This document shows, piece by piece, positions 1-13,445 of a DNA stretch of 64,000 nt (the stretch's first letter is position 1; each line of letters opens with the position of its first letter). The notes under the pieces are model-generated. The model was not told where the DNA came from, made no database searches, and saw nothing but the letters and a program-made list of their open reading frames with translations. The stretch is taken from assembly GCA_021613535.1 (NCBI GenBank), contig CP075496.1:5084001-5148000 (forward strand), given 5' to 3'. The translations under genes and the position numbers were made by a program. Origin of the DNA: Adineta vaga. Its lineage: Eukaryota; Animalia; Rotifera.

Positions 1-585
1 AGACTTATGGAATGAATATTAACATTTTTCGTCCTTACAAATACACATCGGACCCGAATTAGTGTCTATATTTCTTCTTTTTGAATACTTTTCAGCTAAC
101 AAATTTTTCTCATAAATATGCAGGTTTTACATTTTTTCTTTGTAAATTTGAGTTGTCTTCTAATCAAGAGAATGAATGAGTAAATATTTTATCTTTTCTA
201 AAAGAAAAATTGATCGTTGAGATCTACTTATTTCAGCAAAGAATAAAATCGATGAAGTCTTTTTTTAATTCAAATAATAATCGAAAAAAAAGCCAACTTT
301 CTGTCTCTTTGATGTTCCAATACTTGTTTATTTTGATGACTAGATAGACGACAAAATAATTAAAAACAACCAATCAAACAAATAAAGTCTACTAAACATT
401 ACACACAACATCCATAATACTAGCAGAAAACCTTGTAGAAAAAAAAAAGAAGAAACTGATTGATCTCACTGTTAAAGAGTCATCATTAAGGTAAAAGAAA
501 ACGAACGAATGAAAACCTGAGAAAAACGAAATGAAAAAAAAAGAAAAGAAAATATAACATAAAATATGCAATTCTTGTATCCTAT

Positions 586-3500
586 TTAAATTTTCTTCAG
601 TTGTGCGAAAAATGCGGATGGGCCACTAGGAGTTTGTTTAAATAGATTAGCATGACATACAGCACATCGACTAACATGTTGTCGTTGTGCACCTGATTTC
701 AAGGTTAATAATTTAGGCTTTTCGAAACCACTATACTCATCCAGTGTTGCTAGATAAAATGTCATCATATTAGGATAATAGTTGCATTGTGAATGATCTT
801 TGCAATGAAAATAAGGTCGATCATGATATTTTTCTAGACATGAACCAGGTGATTGTAAACTTTGTTGATCACCTCGACCACCATCAGCTGATGTAAATAC
901 AAAACTATATCCAGTCCATAAGAGATCATAACCTTCTGGACATGTTGGAACACGTTGTGATTGACTATGGATGGCAAATACAGGTGTTGGAGATTCACAA
1001 ACGACACAACGACTTAGATGATTAGGTAAATCACGTGGTTCAAATGGTGCCATACTTGATGACATTGGTTCATTGGTTGATAACCAATATGAATAATCAT
1101 TACGTGCTGCATAATGACATGAATTGCCGATATCACAAAATAAGAATGGCATTGCACTGAAACGACGTAAACAACTACCCGAACCACCTATTTTCGATAA
1201 AAATCAATTAAGCGATCTATTTTAGAAATCGTTTTCATGCAAAAAAAGAATATTTCTTACCAAGATCTTGATGGGCAGCATACGTATCACCTTGCATACC
1301 CATAAATGAATAACCATCTTGCATTTTTGTTGTTGAATATGGACATTGTGGTGTTGTTTTATCTTGACTATGTCTATAAATATAGATATAATAGATTGAC
1401 TTTTTCTTTCTGTCTTTCATGTATAAAATCATACCGTGCAAAAACGAATGAACCCTCTCCTGTGTCTCCTGGTGGACCTTGTGAGCCAGCAATACCTATG
1501 TAAGAGAAATCAAGATATGTATTAAGGATGCTTTTGTATTTGCATAAGAATGAATTACCTGGTGAACCTGGTGGACCATGTAAACCAGATCTAAAAATAT
1601 TAAAATTAACTAGAGTAAAAGAGATTACATTTGTAACTTACGCTCCAGGAAAACCAACATCACCGATTGAACCACGCGCTCCCAATGAACCTGGATTGCC
1701 TATTGAGAAGAAAACATAATCATTAATTTATTTGGAACTTGTTTATATCTTTTTTCTTGCAAACTAATAATTTACCTGGGCGTCCTGGGGAGCCAACTTG
1801 ACCTGGATATCCTTTTGCTCCAGGAAAGCCTGCTTGACCTGGTATTCCAGAACTACCTAGAGTATTGAAGAAGAAGGAATGGATGAAAATCTATTTCTCT
1901 TGATCCTATTTACTCACCTGGTAATCCTTGATTACCACGTTCTCCTTTAGAACCCGGTTGTACTATAGTCTATATATATATGAATCAAGTATATTTTAAT
2001 ATATAAAATTTATTCATTTTCATCTTACTTCTACACGAACTGCTTCTCCTTTAGGACCAGGTATGCCTGGAAGACCTGGTTTGCCGGGTAAACCTATAAT
2101 AACATTAGAATGTTAATCTTATTTATTTTACAAAAGAGAGAGAGAGAGTAAAATATACCTGCATCACCTAGTTCACCTTTACGTCCCGGAAGTCCTGGTA
2201 AACCTTAAATTGTCAAGAAAGAATAGAATAAGAGATCTTATCTCTATTCGCTTTCAAATAAATCTTACCTCCTGTGCCGGGTTCACCTCGTCTACCTGGA
2301 AATCCTGAATTGCCAGCTGGACCTGGTTGACCCTGAATACAAAACACAAATAATAATTCGATATGAGAGTATCGTTTCTTACTGGAAGTCCTTTTGAACC
2401 AGGCAAGCCTGGAGAACCTGGAAGTCCGTTTAATCCAAGAAGACCCGGTGCACCTTATCACGAAAAAACTTTTATCTTAAAAATAAATAAGTTTATTAAA
2501 CATACCAGGTGGGCCAGCTAAACCTGGTTTACCATCTCGTCCAGGAAAGCCAGGCGAACCTGGCCGACCTGACAATCCATCTAGACCGCGATCACCAGGT
2601 GCTCCTCGTCCACCAGCTGCTCCACGACCTCAAATTCAAGCAAACAAAACATTGATATAGTTGAAAAAGTCTAAAATTATATACCATCACGACCAGGTAG
2701 ACCAGGTATACCAACGTCTCCAGGTAATCCACTAGAAAGATAAAAAGACGAATATCATCAAGATCATGACTGTGTTAAAGAAAACTTACCGAGGACCTTG
2801 TTGACCTGGAAGTCCACTACGACCTGGATCACCCCGCATACCCGGTATAGAGCGACCTCCTAAAATTAGAATTTATATCGCAATTATATTGTTCCAAAGA
2901 TAATCTATTTAAAATAACATACCGCTTTCACCTGGAATACCTTTGATACCAGGACGTCCAGATAAGCCAGGATTTCCTTTTGATCCTGGTAATCCAGATA
3001 GACCTAAAATAATTCGAATGTAAGCAGACTAGCTAAATTATAAATCTAAACTCACCTCGTCGTCCTGTTTTTCCTGGAATACCCGGTAGACCTTTTTCAC
3101 CAGGTACACCAGGATAACCATCGCGACCTGAAAAATTATCAATAATCAATAGTTTATAATAGCAATCAAATTGTATTTGATCTCACCTGGTACTCCTGAT
3201 GAACCAATAGGACCTGGGAATCCCTGAAATGAAGCAATGTATAATCTATATTTTACTTGACGATGGTCAACTTACTGGGACACCTAAAATACAAAAAACA
3301 TCGATAAATTATTGAAAAAGTAATCAATATACGTACCCGCATCTCCATTCATTCCAGCAAGTCCAGGTAAGCCAGCTGCACCAACATCACCTGGTTCTCC
3401 TTTTGGTCCTGCGATAACGAATAATAGGAGGAAGTGAAATTTCTGCGTGGTATCGACTGTTCTTACCTGGTTCTGTTGCTTGTCCATCTCGACCTGGTTC

Positions 3501-6500
3501 TCCACTCATTCCTTTGGCACCCGGTAGACCTGGTAAACCAGGACGGCCAGAAAAACCCTATACAAGACAAGTCATGATATGAGATAAAGATACGAAGAAT
3601 AAAAGCTTCGCAATATGTACCTGATCACCACGAGGTCCGGCAAATCCAGGAATACCTATGTACAAAATAAGTTATATTTCATACAAATTGAGCAATTTGA
3701 TTGAATTGCTTACCGCTTTGACCTACTGAACCTTTCATTCCAGGTAATCCAGGAGCGCCACTTAAACCAGGTAGACCTATCAGAAATATATAATATAATC
3801 GATATATATCCACGTAAATATCTTTAATTTACCCGGAAGTCCAACAAGACCTGGTTGTCCTCGTGTACCCATACCACCAGGAAGTCCAGGCTGAAGAAAA
3901 CAAATAGAATATGATATATATCGTTATTAATTATTTCTTGTAAATTATGTCTACAGAAGTTCACTTACAATTCCACGAAATCCTGGGGCACCAGGTAAAC
4001 CAGGAAGGCCAGGAAAACCACGGTCACCTCGTATTCCTGTAATAGATAATCATTATCAAATGTCATTTTCGATCAATATGAACTTACCATTGATGCCTTT
4101 AAATGCGTCACCTAGTTCACCTTTCATGCCTGGTAAACCGGGACGTCCTATAAGAAAAATCAATTTTAGTTTCAAGTTTATGATCGATTATTGAAATTAC
4201 CGTCACGTCCAGGAAGACCTGGAGCACCAGGTGTACCTGACAATCTTAAAAGTAAGAAAATTACATAAATTCTTCAATTTGGAAAAAAGTTCTTTTTACC
4301 CGACATCACCAGCGAATCCTTTTGGTCCAACTATAAAATGAAAAAAAATTCCATATGATTGAACATCATTAATAGTAATACGTACATGGACCAGAATCGC
4401 CGGGAAGACCCTTAATACCTGGTAGTCCAACTTCACCAGATTCACCTAATAGAAAAAAAATTATAAGATATGCTGCTGGATTCCTGTCGTCTATATCACA
4501 AACGTACCCATTTCTCCCTTTTGACCTGGTTGACTGTAACCACCACCAAGACCTGGCTCTCCGACATCACCTATAGATGTAACAGAATAATTATTATGTT
4601 TTCTAATACATGAATTATTTCGAGAACAATAACTGACCTGGAAGACCTTTTGGACCTGGAAAACCTGGAAGGCCATTAGTACCAGAAACACCAGAGAATC
4701 CACCTATATAAACATACATTATTTGTATTATTCTTTTCAAAGAACTAACAGCTACTTACGTTCACCCGGTAAACCAGGACGACCTAGTGAAGAGAAAATA
4801 AGATGATTATTTGTTAGACAATCGTTAGAAAAGACTTTTTAACAATATTTACCTTTTTGTCCAATCAAACCTGGATAACCATCTAAACCATTGTCACCAC
4901 CTAATTTAATTCAAAACGAACGGTCTATAAAATAATATATACAAACTATGCATGCATTCATACGTTCTCCTGGTTTGCCTTGAAAGCCAGGTAAACCATT
5001 TTGACCTGGACGACCCTATTGATAAATATATATATATATGTACTAGTAAATTCTTTTGTCTGATGTAAACTTACAGCATCACCAGGTAAACCGCGAAAAC
5101 CAGGAACACCAGGTTTACCCGGAGGTCCACCGATACCAGGAGCTAAATAAGATTGAATACGACATTATAGTTAGGAATAAAAGTTCATGAATAATTATTT
5201 ACCTCCGGCTCGACCACGAGCACCAGGCAAGCCGACATCTCCCCATAAACTAGGTACAGTACCTCCTAAAAAAAGTATTTGTCATGATTTTTATTGTCAA
5301 GTTGATATAATATAAATATACCTCGTTCTCCTTTTGGTCCTTGTGGGCCTACAGCTCCAGGTAAACCATTTAAACCTTAAATTATAAAAAAATGGATACA
5401 CACACGAAATAGAGTCAAATGTGAGGTATTTACCAGGATTGCCAGTTAAACCACGTGGACCAGGCAGACCCGCTGAAAAAATAAATGAATCTATAATCAG
5501 ATGAATTTCTACATAAATAGCTTACATTGTCCTGATAAACCAGGTAAGCCACGTGGACCAGTAACACCTTTAGGACCTGAGCTACCTGGTGGTCCAGAAG
5601 TTGTTGCTATAGCAGTTTCACCACGTTGCCCCTATAGAGAAGTAAAATAATACAAATGATTATAATTAAAATTAACTTGAATTTACCTTAGTTCCAGGTA
5701 TACCAGGAAGACCAGCTTGCCCATTCATTCCTGGAAGGCCAGGTCTACAAACAAAAAAAGAATACACGTATACGAGTTATTTAAAAAAAAGTTTTATTAC
5801 CGTCCATCAACACCTGGCCGTCCATCCATACCCGGATAACCTGAAAGAAATTAAATAGATAGACACTTGATCTATCTCATGGGCATACTTTACCTTTAAC
5901 ACCATTTTCGCCTAAATGAAAAGATAAGAATTATTTTAATATTGTGATATAAATATAAGTGAATTAACTAACCTGGTAATCCAGGAAAACCAGCGCGACC
6001 ACTATCACCCTATAATTACATAATAATAAAAATGATTAAATTGCAATAAAAAACAAATAATTATAGTATGATCATTACCTTTGCACCTGGATAACCATTT
6101 GCGCCAGGAATACCATCCCGTCCAGATGGACCAGGTGTTCCAGGTTGTCCAGGATAACTAGAAGAGAAAAGAGTCGAACAAATTAATACGAGATATGAAA
6201 TCTTACCCAACGTCACCTGGATATCCTCTGATGCCTGGTGCGCCAGGTGTAATCAATTGTACTGGAGCATCTTCACCAGATGGTCCCGGAAGACCAGGTC
6301 GTCCAGTTTTACCTTCTGGACCGCGTTCACCTTGTTCACCACGTTCTCCACGAGATAACAGTTGACCTGGTGGACCTGGTGGACCGTGTGAACCTATCAA
6401 TAAGAAATTCAAAAGTGTTCTTAGACTTCCTATTGCCATGAAAATGTATGAGAGAAAAAGAGAATCAACGTACCCTTCGGTCCTAACACACCCGGAGATC

Positions 6501-9500
6501 CTTGCCGTCCAGTATCACCTGTAAGGCCCTATTTAAGAAAAAGAACACATTCTAAATAAGTAGATAAATGTAAAAATTAGATGACATACGCGTGCACCAG
6601 GTAGACCAGGAACACCATCGTAACTACAATGAAAAAGAAAAAATTTCAATTATATATACATATTTACGTCATCTTATTTTTATTGAATTCATACCCATCA
6701 CGTCCATTGATACCTGTTTCCCCAACATCACCACGATATCCTTTTACTCCAGATTCACCAGGTGCTCCTCGACGACCTAGAAAAAGATAATTTGAAAATA
6801 AAAATTGATCAAAATCAATCATTTTTACCTTTGATACCGTCGGCACCAATCATTTCTCCTGGTTCACCTTTACGTCCTGGTAAACCTGGATAACCATCTC
6901 GACCCGGCAGACCCTAACACAAAAATTTCTCAATGTATTATATATTTTAAAATAGTTGATTATTTACCTCAGGTCCTGGCAAACCATCTGATCCAGGAGG
7001 TCCACTCAATCCACTATCACCTTTTTCGCCTAAATTACAATAATATTATGGTATACGATACTGAAGTATATCAAGAAAGATTAACCTCGAAATCCAGGTG
7101 CTCCATTCAACTAAAAACAGAAGAATATCATAATAACATATTCTTAGAGAATATAACAAATAAATACTTACTCCAGGTCGTCCACGATAACCTTGGCCAC
7201 CGCGATCTCCTTGAAGACCAGCTACAGCTGGCGGGCAAAATCCACAACCACCAGGTTCACCTTGAAAGAAAAAGATTTATACCACAATCTGCTCAATCCT
7301 ATTCTATACGAAATTACTTACCAAGATCACCTTTAATACCAGGAATACCTAAAACATAAAATTAAATGTTACTCGGATGTTCATTATATATTAATATCCA
7401 AAACATACCGGGAAAGCCTGGTGAGCCAGGTGGTCCTGTTCGGCCTGGGTATCTATAACATTCAAATATTGTAGAAAATTTGATTTCTATTAGAATCTAA
7501 AATATTTACCCTTGTGGGCCAGGCGGACCATATCCTTAAAAAAAAGAAATGTATGAGTTGATACAATTCATGAGTATAAAATTAAATATTTTTTACCTTG
7601 AAACGGTCGATAACTTGCGTCGCCAGGTAGACCTTTAAACAAAAAAATATTATAGATATATGTCTATTGATTTAATATCATTATTACCTGGTGGACCAGG
7701 TTCACCCATATCACCTAATGGGCCAGGTAATCCAGGATCTAAATTGCAATAAATAACATGCTATATGTTCGATATTTAGAAAGATCAACTTACATCCGGA
7801 ACGGCCAGGAAGACCGTTGTTTCCACGTGGTCCTATATGAAAAAAGTGTTATTTGTATGAAAACACAAAACAATATATATACCATAGGTTTCTTCACCCG
7901 GTAATCCTTTTTCTCCATCGCCACCTTTTTCTCCAGGCGTACCTAAATTAAAATAATGTTTACGAGATAAAAAAAAACTAACAAAAGAAAAACAGAAATC
8001 ATACCAGCAGATCCTGGAGATCCAGGTCGACCAGGAAAACCTGAATAAAAAGAGAATATGAATATTCAATTAAAAATAAACATTTGTTTACATACCATCA
8101 GAACCTCGATCCCCCTTTTCAGCATCTGCTGTTTCTCCCATTGGACCAGGTCGACCAGGCAAACCATAATCACCACGTTCACCTTTGATACCTTCGCGAC
8201 CTGAGAAAAAACGAATGGTGAATTCTTATTTATTCATATCTTATATCCTATTACGCACCAGGAAAACCAGCAGATCCAGGATAACCATTTGGTCCAGCAT
8301 CACCTGTCATTCCCTATAAGACATTAGAAGAACGATGAAAAAACTGTTTCTTCCACAAATATAAACATGTAATACGTACGGGATAACCTGGTGGTCCTGG
8401 AAGTGGTCGAGCACGTCTACTACCATATGTCTATAGTAGATATTAAAAAAAAGAATACTTCAAAAATCTATATTTTTATTTTGTTACGTACATTTGGACC
8501 GTTTTGACCGTGATCACCTCGTTGTCCTTTCATGCCAGGATATCCAGGTTGACCAGAGTCTACAATAGGAAAAAAAGAAACATCTTATTTTCGAATAGTG
8601 TAATGATGTCTATTACTTACCACCAGGTAGACCATCATTTCCAGGTGGACCAGGTGGTCCTAAATGTAGAGAGAAGAGAAAAAATTTGTAAATATGGGAC
8701 ATACATATATAAACATTAAAAACTAACCGCCAGCACCCTTTATGCCATATGGCCCTTGTGGACCTTCTTTACCCATTTTACCCTTATTTTAAAAAACGAA
8801 TAGATTAATTTTTTACATTTTAATATTCATTTACCTGTGATCCAGGCGCACCAATATCACCTTTTTCTCCTTTAGAACCTTGTAAACCATCGATACCCTA
8901 CAATAATCAACTCTGCTATGTGTTTCACATTCAAAAACGAATATATATATTTACGAACCAAATAACCAGGTTGACCACGATCTCCTCTATAACCTCGATC
9001 CCCATCTGGACCTCGTAGACCAGGTGGACCTTGGACATTAGTAATACCTTGAAAAAACATAATATAATTGTTTTTATCATTAAAGTTTATTTTCATTCGA
9101 TGTGAATATGAAAAAAAAAGATGTTTTGTTCTAATTTTATTCCTTAAAATTGTGAACTAATAGAGTTGTAAAGAATAATTCAATAGGACATTTATACATA
9201 CCACGTAAACGACCGTATGACATGGAATCAACTGGTGTAGGAGCATTGTCACCTTAATTATAAGAGATTCAATGTAAAATAGTATTTTTTTTATTTTATT
9301 TTTTATTATCATACCTGGATCACCACGTTGACCTATAAGATAACGAAAGAAAATTTTATGAAAACGTACGATTAGATAGAATTATAATTTCTTCTTATAC
9401 CTTTATTACCATAACTTGTAGGGCCATCTTGACCTGGAAAACCTGAATCACCTTTTAGTCCAGGTAGACCCTATTATGATAATAATCAATGAGTATTTCA

Positions 9501-12500
9501 TATATAAATAACTCATAAAAGACTTACATTTGCTCCTGGTGCTCCTGGTGAACCTGGCAAGCCAGGTGTACCGGGAGATCCAGGCCAACCCTATCAATAC
9601 AAAAAGAAATCAGCATGAAAGGTATTTTCTTGTTTATTTCAATTTACCGGAACACCTGGACGACCAGGTAAGCCAGGATCACCTCGTGGTCCTGATACAA
9701 TACCATTAAGACCACCTGCATCGCCTGGTTCACCCTAATTTAATTATAAGAATAATTAATAAATGAAAGGTTAATAATCAAGTAACTGACTTGTTCACCA
9801 TTTCGACCTGGTGAACCAGGAGCGCCCGGCATGCCATCTAATCCCATATGGCCATCATCACCGGACTCACCCTATAATTAAATGATACATTCAATTAAGA
9901 AGAATTAATAATTTCTTGATCATGTCTCTTCATATATATATATATATATGTTTATTCTTTGTTTAGAAAAAAATATTCCTAGTAGGTTTTTATAATCAAA
10001 GAAAGTTTACATGATACTAATATTATTCATTAATTTTCTGTTTATTATCCAAATGAGATTTTTCCTTTCGTTATTCTCTTACGATCAATTGATAAATGTG
10101 AACATTTTGATCTTTGTCTATTCATATTCTCGGTAAAGGTTACAAGATACATAATCATTCTATCTGACCAACAGATACTTCAAAGTTGGACACAAAGATA
10201 GATAGAGTATCCCCAATTGTATAGTGTTATCCATATCAACCATAATCTTCTCTATTACATACATACATATATATATGTATATATAAAATACATCTGTATG
10301 AATAGTGCCGGAGTGAAGAAAACCTAAGGGCATTGATTTAATCAATCTTTAGTTATAACGATAGGATAAGACAGACACATATCAGTAGACCTTGATCTAT
10401 GACTAAATATTGATAGTTTCCTTTCTCAATCTTTTTCAGTCTCAATCACGTCGTTCTACAATTTCTTTTTGATTATTCAATATAAAATGATTAGTTATAA
10501 ACAAAATTTGATAGTCTAAATGGAACGATGGATGAGTTCAAATGAAATGTGAATGTTGATGATATTAAGGATCAATTACACTTTTGCACTAGACTACTTC
10601 ATCCATTATTTGTTTTATTAGTTTGTTCCAGAAGATTTGTTAATCATACTGATTATCATTTCTATATAGCGCTTACGTTGATTCAGCTTCAATATTACTC
10701 GCCTATTTATTACACAACGATATTACGTCATCTAAACATATCTATGTATACATACACATTCTCTCTCTCTCTCTCTCTCCATATCATTCTTAGTAGAATA
10801 AACGTATCACTAGCAAGGAAAATTCTCGTTATATATAATGTGTTAGCATACCATAAAAAGCACTCATCATAGAAACTGTTTACAACATCCATAAGCTTGT
10901 CGCAACATTAGTTGTCTATGTGCACATTTTTCTTTTCTATTCATGTACATATCCATTCGGCATTATTATGAAAAGATATTTGCTTATAGATACTAATACT
11001 AATGACGACAGTTTCTATTTATATACATGACTCAGAAGTCAAAGACTTGTTACAGCTGCTAAATATGACCTCATTTTCTATAAATATCTTTTTAGTCATC
11101 CATATGGATATATATATATATATATGTATTTATATGTCAATCATAAGAACGTACTACAACATAAGAATTAGACCACCAAGGTCATCTGCACGATAGAATG
11201 ATATTGTATAAAAAATGACAAAAAAAGGAACAAGTAATTGTTTATATAATAGTCATATTCGATCTTTTCTATCTATCCATATCACAAAAAAGAAAAACCA
11301 AGGTCTGATGTACTATGATAAACTTAGATAATTGGATCGTTGGGGTCGTCTGAGTATGAAATATGGTTAATTTTATGCCGATAGGAAATCGTTGGATAAA
11401 AACCAGTGACAGACAGGAGTAATTATGATTTTCATTTATCCTTACGTCAGACAATTCCTATCAAGGATATATGATTGACTTTTCTCATTTATCTCCAAGA
11501 CAAGAAGAAGGAAAAGAATGTTCGTTTTTTTCTCATGTGATAACAGTTCATGTGTACTGGCCTTGGTTTATTTGTGGTCAAAGCTTATCTCATCAGAATG
11601 TTGGAGAATGAAAGAGCAGAGAAAACGTAAACTATGCTCGGTAATATACAGTAAATGTATATGCAGAGACATTTTGCTCGATTACATCTATCAGTTTCTC
11701 TTTACCTTGCTTCCATTACAACCTGGCACACCAGGAATACCACGTGGACCAATGGCACCCGCTTGTCCAGGAAAACCATTTTGACCATCAATAGGCAATA
11801 GACCATCATCACCCTATTTATTTAGAGAAACAGAAAAGAAAGAAAGAAAGGATGAATAAGAAATCTAATTTGAGAATGATTGATTGATTATTATTTACTC
11901 GTTCTCCTTTATTACCATATTGACCCCGATCACCTTTTTCACCAGATACACCACGATTACCTGTTTTACCAACTGGACCTTTAACACCACGATCTCCTGG
12001 TATACCTGGAAAACCTTGTGGACCTAAACAACAACAATAAAGAAATAAAAGAATACATTAGATAAACATTGTATAAATAAATGTTTGTAATGTGTTTCAG
12101 CTGTATTAAATCAATAAATAACTTACCAGTTATACCCATTGCACCCTTTCCAGGACATTGACAATCTCGTCGTGGACCACAACCTTTACATTCAGATCCT
12201 TGAACATATGTATCACTTGGATTATTTTGTGAAGATTGTGATGGTGGAGGTTGGGGATATCGTTGACGTTGATCATAAGGATATTGATTATATTGTCTCT
12301 TTACTCTGGTATCTTTTAAACCATCTTCATTTTGAGCCTATATATAGATATATATAAATCAAATTTAATAAGAGAAAAAGAATGATTCATTGATATAAAA
12401 CACAACTTTGTTCCTTCTTTTTATTGTTATACTTACTGTACGAGTTTCAATTTGAGTAAGAATGAACAAAAATACAAAAAGACCGACGATGAATGGCCTC

Positions 12501-12514
12501 AATAGCGAAACCAT
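586..12514 (-). CDS. COL4A1: Collagen type IV, vertebrate alpha1-type chain (multi-exon, about 77 coding exons by manual count)
   Basis: Signal peptide [26 protein letters not shown] from ATG 12514; 7S cysteines ([19 protein letters not shown]); Gly-X-Y exons from about 12024 to 1435; NC1 domain RHSQ...[20 protein letters not shown]...TLKSG...SRCAVC. The EPMxxSMAP loop and a CGFC interruption are alpha1-type. Invertebrate alpha1/alpha2 naming is inconsistent, so the symbol is by NC1 type. Confidence 0.93.
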
Positions 12515-12729
12515 CGCGCGCGCGTGCGTAGTCAAACACGACACACGAAATTCAACAATCAATCTGAAAACTTTAAGAAGAAAAAGAATGTCAACATAAT
12601 TATAAAACATGTGAGAAACCAATTCTTTCTCTTGTTCAATTTTTTTTACATCTAATTCTATCTTCTACTAAAAGTAAATTTAAAATAAACAAGAGAAAAG
12701 ATATATCTGTCTGATTTTTTATCTCTTAC

Positions 12730-13300
12730 TCAATGTGTTTTTGACACGTTTATATAAAACATGTTCATTTCGTAGTAAGTTGATAACGGTACTAGTAGTA
12801 ACGGACAGTAGTTCGTCCGAAAAAAACTAGTTCGAGCTATACAATATGGTTTTTTTCTGTTCGCTCTCATTTTCTTCTATTTCTCTCTCCCTCTTCCATC
12901 CTTGCTCTCCATTTTTTCTCTGCCTTTTCGAGGAGGGAGAGAAAGCGAACGTATATTATAGGAAAACTCAACGATAATGGTCGTGGTAGCAAATTACGCA
13001 GGGCGTATGTTCATATGTAAGAGAAGAAAATGTCTTATGTATATATATATATATACGTATGTAATATTATGTATGTTATCAGTCTCACTACTAGAGAGAA
13101 GCAGCAAGGCACAGTCGATATTCATCTTTCACCGAGAGGGAATAGAACAAAAACCGCATTCTTCTGGTTGGTAGATTTAAGTGTCATCTCTCTTCTCTTA
13201 CTCTCTGTCTCTCTGTCTCTCTGTCTCTCTTTCTCTGAATGCGGTAAGACGATTGATATTATTGTACCAAGGAAAAAAATAGTCCAGTTTCTACGACATT
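12730..13300. promoter_or_regulatory. Putative bidirectional promoter shared by the head-to-head collagen IV genes
   Basis: Divergent ATGs at 12514 (-) and 13446 (+); minus-strand 5'UTR donor GTAAG at 12729; CT-rich tracts at about 12860-12930 and 13185-13235. Transcription starts are not directly visible. Confidence 0.6.
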
Positions 13301-13445
13301 GGCACTTTTTTTTTCTACATCTCTTCGCAATCGATCTTCACTCGTTTGTTGTTGTAGATCAAACGACAACGACGATTTTAATACAAATCTTGTAGCCGTC
13401 CGTCGCCGCCCGATCGCGCGTGACCATAGACAGGCCATTGAAAAC

